DNA of 64,000 nucleotides from an uncultured Alphaproteobacteria bacterium (GTDB lineage Bacteria; Pseudomonadota; Alphaproteobacteria; RF32; CAG-239): NCBI GenBank assembly GCA_944391425.1, contig CALXTO010000005.1, positions 293 to 64,292 of the forward strand, read 5' to 3'. Shown piece by piece: positions 17,617 to 27,400 of this stretch (position 1 is its first letter; each line of letters starts with the position of its first letter). The notes under the pieces were generated by a model. It saw only the letters and a program-made list of their open reading frames with translations, ran no database searches and was not told where the DNA came from. The position numbers and the translations under genes were made by a program.

Positions 17617-18883
17617 AGATTGTCCCCTCATAATGCCAAATATTTTCATTTGGAGAATATGTAATAAGTTTAATCTCAAGTCCTGAATATTTTGTTAATA
17701 TTTCCGACCATGTAATCGGATTATATGTGGAATTGATGGCAAAACGCAGCATTTTATAAACATTTCCGGTTGATGACGTCGTCGTATCCATCGACAGGGA
17801 TATCGGTACACCGATAGACTGGAATTCGTCATTGAGAATGTTTTGCAAATCAATGATGTTTTTCTCCGGTGGAGAAGAAAACTGCTCAATCTGCGGTAAA
17901 ATCAACGACGTAGACATCGTATTACCATCTGCCGAAAAACCCGTTCCCGACAAATTCAATCCTGAATCGTCCAATGCTTTTTTGGCCCAAATCAAACGGC
18001 CGACATTTCTTTGCCAGGATGTAACCACGGAACCGGGCGTACAACTGATTTGCCCGATGCTCCAACCCGGCGGCATAAGCCGCGCCAAGGCCACGATACC
18101 GTTGTTACATTCTCTCATCATAGCCTTAGGATCGTAAACTTTTTCCCAAGGTTTGACTTCGGGAACCGGTTGAGCCGTTTGTACGGCTTTGGGTTTTACC
18201 GGAACAATAACAGGGCGTACCGTCGGAGTCAGGAACAAATGGTTAATCAGGCTCGAAAGCAGCCATAACCCCACGACGGCCGATATAGCAATAACCAAAA
18301 ACAGTTTGGTTCCTCGCAAAGCCTTGATCTTCTGTAACTTGGACTTGGCGCCCCGCATCAGGATCTCGCCCAGGTCCATATCTTCCGTTTCTTCAATACC
18401 CCATTCTTTAGGCGCTATTTTCTTGCCCCAGTCGGGCACGGCCAGCATAGACATAAATTGGCTTTTGGCCTCTTCTTCACTCAAAAACAGCATATCGCCG
18501 TCGGAAAGGATAATGTCGTTACGGATACAGGTATACCACCATCCCTGGTCAGTCTTGAAAACGGCTACATAGGAAGCTATGTTGGACATGGCCGTTGCCA
18601 GAGCCACAGCGGCGACGGTTTCACCGCTTTTATATCCTTCATGCGAAACGCAGATACCAAACTGCGGCGCTTTGCCGCCTTTGATACAGAAAAGGTCTGC
18701 ACCTTCCAGCACGCCGGCCGACGCGCTTTCGACTTCTTGAAAAGGGTCGCTGGCGTTTTGCAACGGCTGCCAGAACAAACTAGTAGCATAAGTCGTACCG
18801 TCAACGGTAATCGAAGTTCCCCACGACCGTTTCGACGCGCCGCTGTCGTAATCTTCATCTACTAATTTGGCTTCTTCAAGCAC
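17606..18883 (-). CDS. bitopic pilus biogenesis protein (PilO position of R64/ICE-type clusters)
   Basis: 425 aa with a single central TM (LFLVIAISAVVGLWLLSSLINHLF). It sits between the secretin and the PilP-like gene. I recognise no diagnostic motif. Confidence 0.35.
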   Translation of the reverse strand: MLEEAKLVDEDYDSGASKRSWGTSITVDGTTYATSLFWQPLQNASDPFQEVESASAGVLEGADLFCIKGGKAPQFGICVSHEGYKSGETVAAVALATAMSNIASYVAVFKTDQGWWYTCIRNDIILSDGDMLFLSEEEAKSQFMSMLAVPDWGKKIAPKEWGIEETEDMDLGEILMRGAKSKLQKIKALRGTKLFLVIAISAVVGLWLLSSLINHLFLTPTVRPVIVPVKPKAVQTAQPVPEVKPWEKVYDPKAMMRECNNGIVALARLMPPGWSIGQISCTPGSVVTSWQRNVGRLIWAKKALDDSGLNLSGTGFSADGNTMSTSLILPQIEQFSSPPEKNIIDLQNILNDEFQSIGVPISLSMDTTTSSTGNVYKMLRFAINSTYNPITWSEILTKYSGLEIKLITYSPNENIWHYEGTIYVL

Positions 18884-18904
18884 CTGTGTTCTCCTAAAAA
18901 ATCC

Positions 18905-20503
18905 TTAATTCATCGACATCCTTGATTCGGGAACCAAAGGCGATTCCAAAATTACCGGAGTCAGAATGATAACCAAGACGCTGCGCTCCTTGCTGGCGTT
19001 GGCATAACCGCCCAGCAACGAATTTTCGGCAGATCCGGTGCCTTCTTTTTGAGTCGTATTATCAACTCTTTCATATCCCGTCAGGATCAGTGATTCCCCG
19101 GAAGTCATGGCAACTTCCTGCGAGAAAGCGCGAGATTCAATCTTCGGGTTCTGAATATATTGGTTTTCGTCTGCTTCGCCGAAATCAACTCTTTCCAGAT
19201 CCGTCAGGTCGGACAGAGTCATGTTAAACATCAGCAGCATTCTGCCGTGTTCCAGAATTCTCGGCAAAACATCCAGCGTAAACCCGGTTTCAACTTCTTC
19301 GGTTGTAACGGAAATATCATAGTTGTTTCCGTCGGTTCCGCTGTTGGTTTTGGTCATTTCCGCAATATAGTTTTGTTTTTGGGTAACCTGAATCGGCGCC
19401 GGTTTGTTGTTTAAAGTCGTAACCGTGCCGCTGGTCACCAGGCTGGTGCTGTTTCTCTGCGACAGGGCTTTCATGGCGGCGTCAGCCGTCCAGTTCTTGT
19501 TCAAAAGTCCCCAAGAGAAACCGTTGCTAAGTCCGTTTTCGGCATTAAGAACGCTGGTTGATCCGGTTACGCCGATTGAAGTTACACCGTCGTCAAAAGC
19601 AGCTTTCAGGTCCAAACCGAAATTATCCGTGTCGGTCAACGTTACCTGCAGAACTTTTACACTGATGGCCACTTGTCTGGACAGACGAATATTCTGTTCA
19701 TTGATATATTTGGCCACTTTTTTAATGTCGTTCGGTGTTGCCGTCAGGGTTATGGTTCCGTCCGAGGGCGACAGTGTCAGCTTGGCGCCGTCGCTGATCA
19801 TGGACGTAATGCTCTTTTCAAAATTGCCCCATAATTCGACCTCAGCCGCACTGGAGAGCGAAACGGAAGAACTTCCGCCGCTGTTGGATTGGCTTCCGCC
19901 CACGTTAACCGACAGGTTCGGTTTGGTCGGCAGGCTGTAGACGACAAAAGTCCTGGTAATGAACTTATAGAAGTGAATTTCTCTATGCTCATATTTCCAC
20001 CAAATGCCAAAGCGGGACGAAATCTCATCCAAAAGGCCGCTTAACGGTCCCTGATAAGAAACAAGCATCTTGTCTGGTTCTGCCCAGTCGGCGTTAATAC
20101 TGTCTGCCGAAGGTTTATTTGCTGCGCCTTTGGATTTGACATCGGCTTCCAGTTGCGGAGCGTAACGGACGCCCAGAGAAGTGGTCTTGTTGATCATGTC
20201 GCCGATTTCAAAAAGTGTAATCGGACGGTTACTGACCAGAGTAATGCCTTCCTTCCCTTCCAGATAAGAGGGCAGGGGCTCCCCGTCATATTCAATCTCG
20301 CTTGTGTCACCCAGCCAGATATCGTCTTTTACCTTAATCAGATCATCATTGGCGGGAGTTGTCGGGATTTTAGCTGTTTCTTTAAGCTTTGTCGCCGCTT
20401 CGACCTCGCGTTCGATTGTCGCGTCCATACTCGTTGAAATGGAGCATGAGCCGGCAAATCCCAAAATAAAAATTCCCAAGCCGATTTTTTTCCAGTTAGT
20501 CAT
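18905..20503 (-). CDS. lipoprotein secretin (PilN-type of type IVb pili)
   Basis: The ATG at 20503 overlaps the upstream stop (ATGACTAA). Lipobox FAGS-C. The secretin core starts at LSRQVAISVKVLQVTLTDTDNFGLDL and ends ESLILTGYERVDN...SVLVIILTPVIL. Confidence 0.8.
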   Translation of the reverse strand: MTNWKKIGLGIFILGFAGSCSISTSMDATIEREVEAATKLKETAKIPTTPANDDLIKVKDDIWLGDTSEIEYDGEPLPSYLEGKEGITLVSNRPITLFEIGDMINKTTSLGVRYAPQLEADVKSKGAANKPSADSINADWAEPDKMLVSYQGPLSGLLDEISSRFGIWWKYEHREIHFYKFITRTFVVYSLPTKPNLSVNVGGSQSNSGGSSSVSLSSAAEVELWGNFEKSITSMISDGAKLTLSPSDGTITLTATPNDIKKVAKYINEQNIRLSRQVAISVKVLQVTLTDTDNFGLDLKAAFDDGVTSIGVTGSTSVLNAENGLSNGFSWGLLNKNWTADAAMKALSQRNSTSLVTSGTVTTLNNKPAPIQVTQKQNYIAEMTKTNSGTDGNNYDISVTTEEVETGFTLDVLPRILEHGRMLLMFNMTLSDLTDLERVDFGEADENQYIQNPKIESRAFSQEVAMTSGESLILTGYERVDNTTQKEGTGSAENSLLGGYANASKERSVLVIILTPVILESPLVPESRMSMN

Positions 20504-21206
20504 ATGCATTCTCATCCTCCATGGTCTCAACGACTAAGACTCTGTTTCCTTTATAAAATGTTGCGATGGGAGCCGGTCTGGCCCGGGCAAAGGTTCTGAT
20601 AAGGGCAGAACTGACGTCGGCAAAACGTCCGCGGAACATGGCACCCGCTGCCAAGGTATAATTGCGGTTGGTGTTCCAAATCAGCCGCCAGCCCGAACGT
20701 TCGCTCCACTCTGTCAGCAGGCCTTTAAGCGTGGAACCTTCCTCAGCCAGCCAGTCTTCGACAGGATCTTCTCCGGCCAGCTGCTCGCCGGCAGATTCAT
20801 CGTCCGCATTGACAGCGGCATTGATTTCCTCTTCATAGTCAGTAACTTCTTCTTCGATTGTCGGCGGAATAGCTGCAGACATATTGCTGCCGGCTCCGGC
20901 GGTGACAATGCTCTGGTCACGGGGCGTGCGCTCGCCAAACTCGCGGTAATTGGCGCTTGTCTCGCGATAATTTACAAAATCGTCTTCCAAAGTTGCTGCT
21001 GGCGGAACGATGACCGGGGTTACGGGAGCCGGTTCAACGCACGGAACGGCTTCGGCCGGCACGGTTACCGTTTCTTCTACATACGTATCGTTAGAGCCGA
21101 AAAAGTCCAGGCAGGCGCATCCGGCGGCGAAAAATACCGACAACAGAGACAACCTCTGCAATATTTTCAAGTCCATTTTTGCAATCCTCTGGTTAGATTT
21201 TGTCAT
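20496..21206 (-). CDS. TcpQ/PilL-like lipoprotein
   Basis: Lipobox FFAAG-C. The C-terminal pattern STLKGLLTEWSERSGWRLIWNTNRNYTLAAGAMFRGRFADVSSALIRTF...ATFYKGNRVLVV is typical of the TcpQ/PilL family. The start is uncertain (21221, 21206 or 21176). Confidence 0.6.
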   Translation of the reverse strand: MTKSNQRIAKMDLKILQRLSLLSVFFAAGCACLDFFGSNDTYVEETVTVPAEAVPCVEPAPVTPVIVPPAATLEDDFVNYRETSANYREFGERTPRDQSIVTAGAGSNMSAAIPPTIEEEVTDYEEEINAAVNADDESAGEQLAGEDPVEDWLAEEGSTLKGLLTEWSERSGWRLIWNTNRNYTLAAGAMFRGRFADVSSALIRTFARARPAPIATFYKGNRVLVVETMEDENAYD

Positions 21207-21262
21207 GTTTTTTCCTATCATACATACTGAAAATTAAATAATCAAGCACGACCCTTCACTTA

Positions 21263-22873
21263 TTACCATTGCAAATAATACCCTTGCCCGGCATTGTTTG
21301 TATTGATGGCGTTTCCCTGATTGAAGTTGCTTCGGGTCACGGTTCTAATAATAAAGGAGTTGGGTTCCCTGTCCGTAAATACGGTATTGATTTTGCTGTA
21401 TTCTACACCCTTATTTGTTAAAATATTATGTAACAGGTTTAATCTTTTTTGCTGCAGCCGCATGGAACTGGTCCCGTCGATCCGGATTTCGATTGCGGTG
21501 TTGTTGTCATTGGCGGCTTTAGCGGCAAAAGCCTGTATCCAGCGCAGGGTCTGTCCCGAAATTTCCGCCCGGTTAGGCTGGAAAGAAAGCCTCATTTCTG
21601 TCGGCATGATTTTGCCCTGTTCTTCTTTGGGGGATAATTTTTGGGCAATACCGTCAAAAAAGTTTTTTTCCTTTTTGGATTTCTGAGAAACCTGTTTGTT
21701 TTTTTCCGCGGAACTGAAAATTGAATTCAGAGAAGACAGAATATTGCCCTTGTCTTCTTTGGAAGCCGTTTTTGAGGGCTCCGTTTTTTCTTTGCGCGCG
21801 ACTGTTTCTTGGGCGGTGATATTCTGTTCTGTCTGGATTTTGTTAGCTTCTCCTTCCTGCGGCGGATAAACCAGCTGCGGGGTCAGGTCTTCTTCGTTCA
21901 AAATATCCTCGGGAATGGGAATAAGCAGGTTTTTGACTGTCCCGGCCGCAACTTTGACGCCGCCCGCGCTTTGCTGCTGCGGATTAAGAGCCTGGCTGAT
22001 CTCCTGTTCTTCTTTTTGATAATACCCTTGCTTCGGTACCATCCCGTTTTTGGGCGCGGCGGCTCCTTTGGCGACAATCCACGGGCTTTCGGCATCAGGT
22101 TTCTTTTCGGCCATGCTTTGCCATTGCCGGGGCTCGGTTTTTTCTTTTTCGGCCGATTTTTTTTCGGAAGGTTCGCCCATGCTCAAAATCGGGACATTTT
22201 TGTCTGCCAAGGCAACTTTGTTCAGGCTTTCGGGCGTGCCGATGTGGATTTTGTTGTTCTGCGTGGCGGCATCGTTGCTTTTTTCCAGCGGAAACAGGGG
22301 TGTGGGCTCGTGTGCGGCAACTTTTACAGCCGCCGCAGGCTGGGAAACCGAGGCTCCTTTTTCCAACGGAATGGCTGCCAGAAGCATTTTTTCGGGTTGC
22401 TTTTCATTGGCGGGAGCCGGTTGCACATTTTGCTGCCGTTCACCGGCTGTCGACGGCGGCGCAGAGATTTTACCGGCGTCGGCGCTCATGATAGCCGGAG
22501 CAGATGATTCGGATATTTCCGCCAAAACTTCGGGCGTGTCAAATTCAAGAGGTATTTCCGCAAACGGAACTGTGTTGTCGGCCAGAATAATTTCATCGCC
22601 GCCGTTATCTTCCGGCTGATAGACAATTTGGGGGTTCTCGTTTTTTTTCTGAATTTCCGGTAGAACATTTAAGGCAATTTTCTTAACGGGAACCGAACGT
22701 TTAGAGGGGTTTGCCGGCTCGCCGTGAAGAAAAAGCGTAATGTTCTTGGTCGGAATTCTGATGTTTCCCTTGTCTGAGGGGCGTCCATGCCAATAAACCC
22801 CGTTTGCCGTAAAAATGGTAAACAGGGATATGCAGAAACTGTAAACAAAAGTTTTTAAACCTGTTTTCGGCAT
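21263..22873 (-). CDS. membrane-anchored low-complexity protein, first gene of the pilus operon; C-terminus weakly OmpA/MotB-like
   Basis: The ATG at 22873 has AGAGGGG 8 nt upstream. N-terminal TM FVYSFCISLFTIFTANGVYW, followed by a long Pro/Lys/Glu/Gln-rich region. The C-terminal ~100 aa (LSFQPNRAEISGQTLRWIQAFAAKAAND..IEIRIDG...QKRLNLLHNILTNKGVEYSKI) fit an OmpA-like pattern only loosely. Confidence 0.4.
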   Translation of the reverse strand: MPKTGLKTFVYSFCISLFTIFTANGVYWHGRPSDKGNIRIPTKNITLFLHGEPANPSKRSVPVKKIALNVLPEIQKKNENPQIVYQPEDNGGDEIILADNTVPFAEIPLEFDTPEVLAEISESSAPAIMSADAGKISAPPSTAGERQQNVQPAPANEKQPEKMLLAAIPLEKGASVSQPAAAVKVAAHEPTPLFPLEKSNDAATQNNKIHIGTPESLNKVALADKNVPILSMGEPSEKKSAEKEKTEPRQWQSMAEKKPDAESPWIVAKGAAAPKNGMVPKQGYYQKEEQEISQALNPQQQSAGGVKVAAGTVKNLLIPIPEDILNEEDLTPQLVYPPQEGEANKIQTEQNITAQETVARKEKTEPSKTASKEDKGNILSSLNSIFSSAEKNKQVSQKSKKEKNFFDGIAQKLSPKEEQGKIMPTEMRLSFQPNRAEISGQTLRWIQAFAAKAANDNNTAIEIRIDGTSSMRLQQKRLNLLHNILTNKGVEYSKINTVFTDREPNSFIIRTVTRSNFNQGNAINTNNAGQGYYLQW

Positions 22874-23230
22874 AAAATAAACCCCTCTAAAACCTTGATA
22901 AATCAAAATGCGACTCTTGGCAAGAGTCCATGAAAATATGCACAAAATCTGTGGATTCTTTTTGAAAAAGGGTTGCAGTCTGAGTCTTTGCAACGATTCC
23001 GGGAATCTGTTGCCTGAAAAAGCCTGTCGCTGTTGGCGGATTCTGTTTCAAAAACAGGTGTTTACCCCTCATTAAAGACTGTGAATTTTTTGTTACAGCA
23101 AAAATTGTCAAGCGTAAACAGTATGTTAACCATTTTTTGATATAAGCGATTTTGCTAGTAATCGTGCGAAAAATTAGGTATTCTAAAAGAGTATAAAGAG
23201 TTTTTGCACAATATTTGAAGGAGAACGATT

Positions 23231-23572
23231 ATGCAATTTATTAAAAACAATATCTGGACATTCTGCCTGGTGGCTGTCTTTACGCTGTTAAGCTTCAGCG
23301 GCGATGCTCTGGCTCAGCAGAGTATTATGCAGACTTCCCAAGACAAGGCATTGAACGTCTTCACCTCCGTTAAGACGATTATTTTCGTCGTCGGTGGTTT
23401 TGGTCTGGTTGGCGTCGCTTTCGGTGCCATCTTTGGTAAAATCAACTGGAAATGGTTTGCCGGTTTGGCCGTAGGCCTTGCCATTCTGGCCGCCGCCGGT
23501 TCGATCGTCAACTACGCGACCGGTGCAAATATGTCCGGGTTTGAAGACTCGTTTGACAATGCGACTAACTAA
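23231..23572 (+). CDS. virB2: VirB2/TrbC-like T4SS pilin
   Basis: 113 aa with a long signal peptide (..LSFSGDALAQQ) and then two hydrophobic helices (VKTIIFVVGGFGLVGVAFGAIFGKINWKWFAGLAVGLAILAAAGSIVNY). It is the first gene of the virB-like locus. SD AAGGAG. Confidence 0.6.
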   Translation: MQFIKNNIWTFCLVAVFTLLSFSGDALAQQSIMQTSQDKALNVFTSVKTIIFVVGGFGLVGVAFGAIFGKINWKWFAGLAVGLAILAAAGSIVNYATGANMSGFEDSFDNATN

Positions 23573-23591
23573 CCGTCTCCTTCTTTCCGTT

Positions 23592-23640
23592 CTGTCCGCC
23601 CTTGCCGGCGGACAGGGCGGAGCCCGAAGGGGAATTTTTT
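23592..23640 (+). terminator. hairpin plus T-run after the virB2-like gene (possible attenuator)
   Basis: CTGTCCGCC-cttgcc-GGCGGACAG is a perfect 9-bp stem, followed by GGGCGGAGCCCGAAGGGGAATTTTTT. Further structures lie downstream (see findings). Confidence 0.45.
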
Positions 23641-23775
23641 CAAAGAGGGTCGCAGAATAAGACTTAAAAACTCGGCCCTCTTTATAAAAAGCGGATTTTG
23701 ACATTTGGCCCGCGGGCCGTATATCCAAATCCACCAAATTAAAAAGGATAAGAAAACTTAAAAACGGAGGGTGCA

Positions 23776-24444
23776 ATGATAACAGTCAGGAAAATATGCC
23801 AATTGATATTAATTGCAGCCTGTGTGTGTGTATTTAACGCGCCTGCCTCATATGCTCAGCTTGCGAATAACAACGCTCAAAATTCTTCCCAGTCTTGGAC
23901 AGGCTTTGCAGCAAACAGCGCTTTGGGACAGTTGGAAGCTAAGGCGTCTGCCAATACCTTCAATTCTAGACAGGCGTGTGAAAATAGCTGTAAAGCTGCC
24001 GGACACCGATGCGTTGATAATACGATTGTCGGATCATCGGGAACATGGACCTGCGTCGATTATTCCAAAGCCACTGAGCAGGCGAGTGATGCCGGAGCCG
24101 GAACTAATACGCCGCCCTCTGAGAGCGCAGTTACCGGATGCTCCAGCAATTATGGCTTGTTTTCGGGATTAATTAATACCGGCAGCAAAATATTTAACGG
24201 ACTGCGCGACCTGATTTACGTCGTTGCCGGATTTGGCATTATCGGAGTTGCCGTTGGCGGCTTTTTCGGAAACCTCAACTGGAAATGGCTTGGCGCCATT
24301 GTCATTTCGCTGGTCGTAATTGCCTCGACCGGGGAATTGATTAACCTGATTACCGGCTGCGACGGTTTTACCAGCGCGGCAAAAATTACAAGCACATTAA
24401 TAAATCCGAATGCAGACAGTGATAAAAGTGCGTTAGGACAATAG
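23776..24444 (+). CDS. VirB2-like paralogue with Cys-rich N-terminal extension
   Basis: Signal peptide, then ~110 aa with 6 Cys, then the same hairpin as 23231..23572 (LIYVVAGFGIIGVAVGGFFGNLNWKWLGAIVISLVVIASTGELINL). Confidence 0.55.
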   Translation: MITVRKICQLILIAACVCVFNAPASYAQLANNNAQNSSQSWTGFAANSALGQLEAKASANTFNSRQACENSCKAAGHRCVDNTIVGSSGTWTCVDYSKATEQASDAGAGTNTPPSESAVTGCSSNYGLFSGLINTGSKIFNGLRDLIYVVAGFGIIGVAVGGFFGNLNWKWLGAIVISLVVIASTGELINLITGCDGFTSAAKITSTLINPNADSDKSALGQ

Positions 24445-24496
24445 CACGGCAGGCTTACGGGCAGAAATGCGGAACGAGAGACTAAAGGAGGAAGCC

Positions 24497-27400
24497 ATGT
24501 TAAAGTTGAAGAATATAATCAAGGTTATGCTGATAGCCGGAATTTTGGCTTTCATTCCTTCCTTTTCTGGAGTTTATGCGGCAGATGAAGGCTTTGCCGT
24601 CGATTTAGAGACGCAAAGCGCGCAGGATGCCGCGGCGGCAATTTCCGCCCAAAAAGATGAATGGAGCAAAAAGCAGGCCGAATTAAATGCACTGACCAGT
24701 GATACATCCGCTCTCGGCGAGCTGAACCGCCAGATGCAGGCAGCCGCTTCTTCAGGAGATACGGCCGCATATAATGAATATCGCATACAATATGAGCAGG
24801 CTCAGCAGGAACGACAGGAAAAAATTTCTAAACTCAGCGAGGAAACCAAACAGCTGCAAAAAGAAATTACCAAGGCGGACAATGCCTTGGATAAACAACT
24901 GGACAAAGATACCAAAGCCGCTGAAAAAGAGCTGAAATCAGCCCAGAAAAATGTAGATACATACTGTGGTACCGGCAAGGACGCCGATTCTGCCAAATGT
25001 CAGGAGGCTCAAACGGCCGTAAGCAGCGCTCAGCAAAAACTGGACAATATTGAAGGTACGCGCGCCTCGGCTCAGCAAAAACCACAGGAGACGGCCTCTT
25101 CTTCGGCTGCGGCAGATAATTCCGCCGCTTATTCGGCAACGGCTGAAGAGGCGGATGCTGCCCGCAAAGCCTATAATGATGCTAAAAATGCATATGCCCA
25201 GGCACAAATTGAGCTAAACACACAAAAAGCTACTTGCAGCGGAGACGGATGCCAGGAAAAAATTGCCGAACTGGAGAAAGCAGTAGCAGAAGCCAAAACC
25301 AAAACCGACGAAGCCTATAAAGATTACTACAATAAAAACAAAAATCCGGCGCCTACGGAAAAAGAACAGGCTAAAACGGAACTGGACGAAGCCCAGCAGG
25401 CGGTTGACGATGCCCAGAACAAAATTTACAGCCTCAAAGCCCAATTGGACGAGGCCAATCGCGCTTGTGAATATTCAAGCACGCTGACTTCAAAAGCCGG
25501 GCAGGCGGACGCCCAAAAATACTGCTCCCAGGCCAATGCTTTGGAAGCGGCTTATACCGAGGCTCAGGCGGATCTGACCGAAGCTGAGGAAAAACGTGAC
25601 GAAGCCCAGAGCCGTTATAATACCGTCGGGGGAGAGGTTTACAGCCATGAAGGACAAATTTATCAGGCTATTCCGGGAACAGTGAATGAGGCATTGTATA
25701 AAAACACCGGGGATATTTTGACAACCATCACTCGCCGGGCAGCCTGGGTCATTGTTTCTTTAAAGCCCATCGTCTATATTTTTGCCGGTTTCGGCTTGAT
25801 TGGTTTTGCTTTTATGGCCATTTTCAATAAACTCAGCTGGAAATGGTTTGCCAATATTGCCATCGGCCTGTTTCTGGTTGCCAATATGGGCCGTTTTATC
25901 GAATATTTTGTTTATCCGACCCCCAATCCGGGATATACGGAGGCACAAAAAACGCCCGCATTTGACAACTATCTCCAAAATGTGATGGTTGACTCCCAAT
26001 ATCAATGGATTGATGAAATCAGCCCTTATATTGAACCGACCATGATTGAAAATATGGCGGGGCTTCCGCAAGGTGCAGTTTTGCCCGAATATGAAGAAGC
26101 TACCAGAGGATTCTGCGGCCGTACCACCGGCGCAACCGGATGGGGTAATTTTACCAACTGTATCAATGATATTGTCAGTGCCGGTAAAAAGGCTGTCGAC
26201 ACGGCCAAAAAGGTTCAGAATACAGTCGATCGGGTTGAAAATACGGTTGAGCAGGTCGGGAATGCGGCTCAGAATATCGGCAATGCCGTCAAGAATATCG
26301 ACAGCCTGGAAGATGCCATTAAAGCCGTGGGCGATGTCGGATCAAATGTCAACAATATGATTGGCAGCACCGGCGGAATGGTCGATGGAATTATGTCCAA
26401 TGTTTCAGACATTTCCAACAATGTTCAGGATGTTACCAAGAGTACGGATCAGGTCGCCGAACTTGAAGAAAAGCGTGCCCGCGGTGAAGGGACAAACGCA
26501 ATTGACCGCCTGCTTAAAGGACAGACAGCCGGTGCCGACGGCGAGGTTGAACGCCTTTATGCCGGCAGCGATAACGGCCAGTCGCTCGGACATGTCAACT
26601 CTAAAGGCCAGTTTATTGATAAAGACGGGCGTGTTGTCGGTACCTTGGATAAAGACGGCAATATCATCGGCGCCGACGGCAAACCGATTGAAGGGCTGAC
26701 TCTGGGTGTAAAGAGCGACGGCACCTTCAGCGGACAAGTCTACGGAGCCGGAGGCGATGCCGTGAAAGGGGATATTGCAACCAGCAACAACTTCTTTACC
26801 CAGCTCGGAGCGACGACGGATGACGTGGTTGACAAGTCCAAAACGCTCAACAGCAAACTTCAGACCGGCACCCGTACGGCGACTGCCGGAGTGGAAACTG
26901 TTACCAATTTCTCAGTTTTCGGCAGCAAAACAATTAACGAACGCCGTCAGGAAAAACAAACGGAAAATCAGCGGCGTCAGCGTGAAGAAGCTGCAAGGCA
27001 GAGTCAACAGACTGCCGCAGAAAAAAGTCTGATTAGTAAGTATAGCGGAAAATTTACAATGCCAGATACCAAAGATGGAATTCAGTCAAATGCTGAAAGA
27101 CTGCAGTCTACTAAGGTAGAAGCAGATGCTTCCCAAAAAAATTATGAAGATGCTTTGAAAGCTTCGCAACAGCTGGATCGGGATGCTCAAAATAAGCAAA
27201 AAGCTGCTGAAACAGCGGAAAAAAATGCTGCAACGGCAGAAAAAGAAGCTGAAACGCTTAGAAAATATCTTGAAATGGCAGAGGAGAAAGCCAAACAAAG
27301 CGGCAGTGATGAAGATGCAAAAAACGTCACAAAAATGAAACTGCTTTATGAACAGGCTCAATTGCAAGCGGAAATTGCTCGTACCAAAGCAAATAGCACC

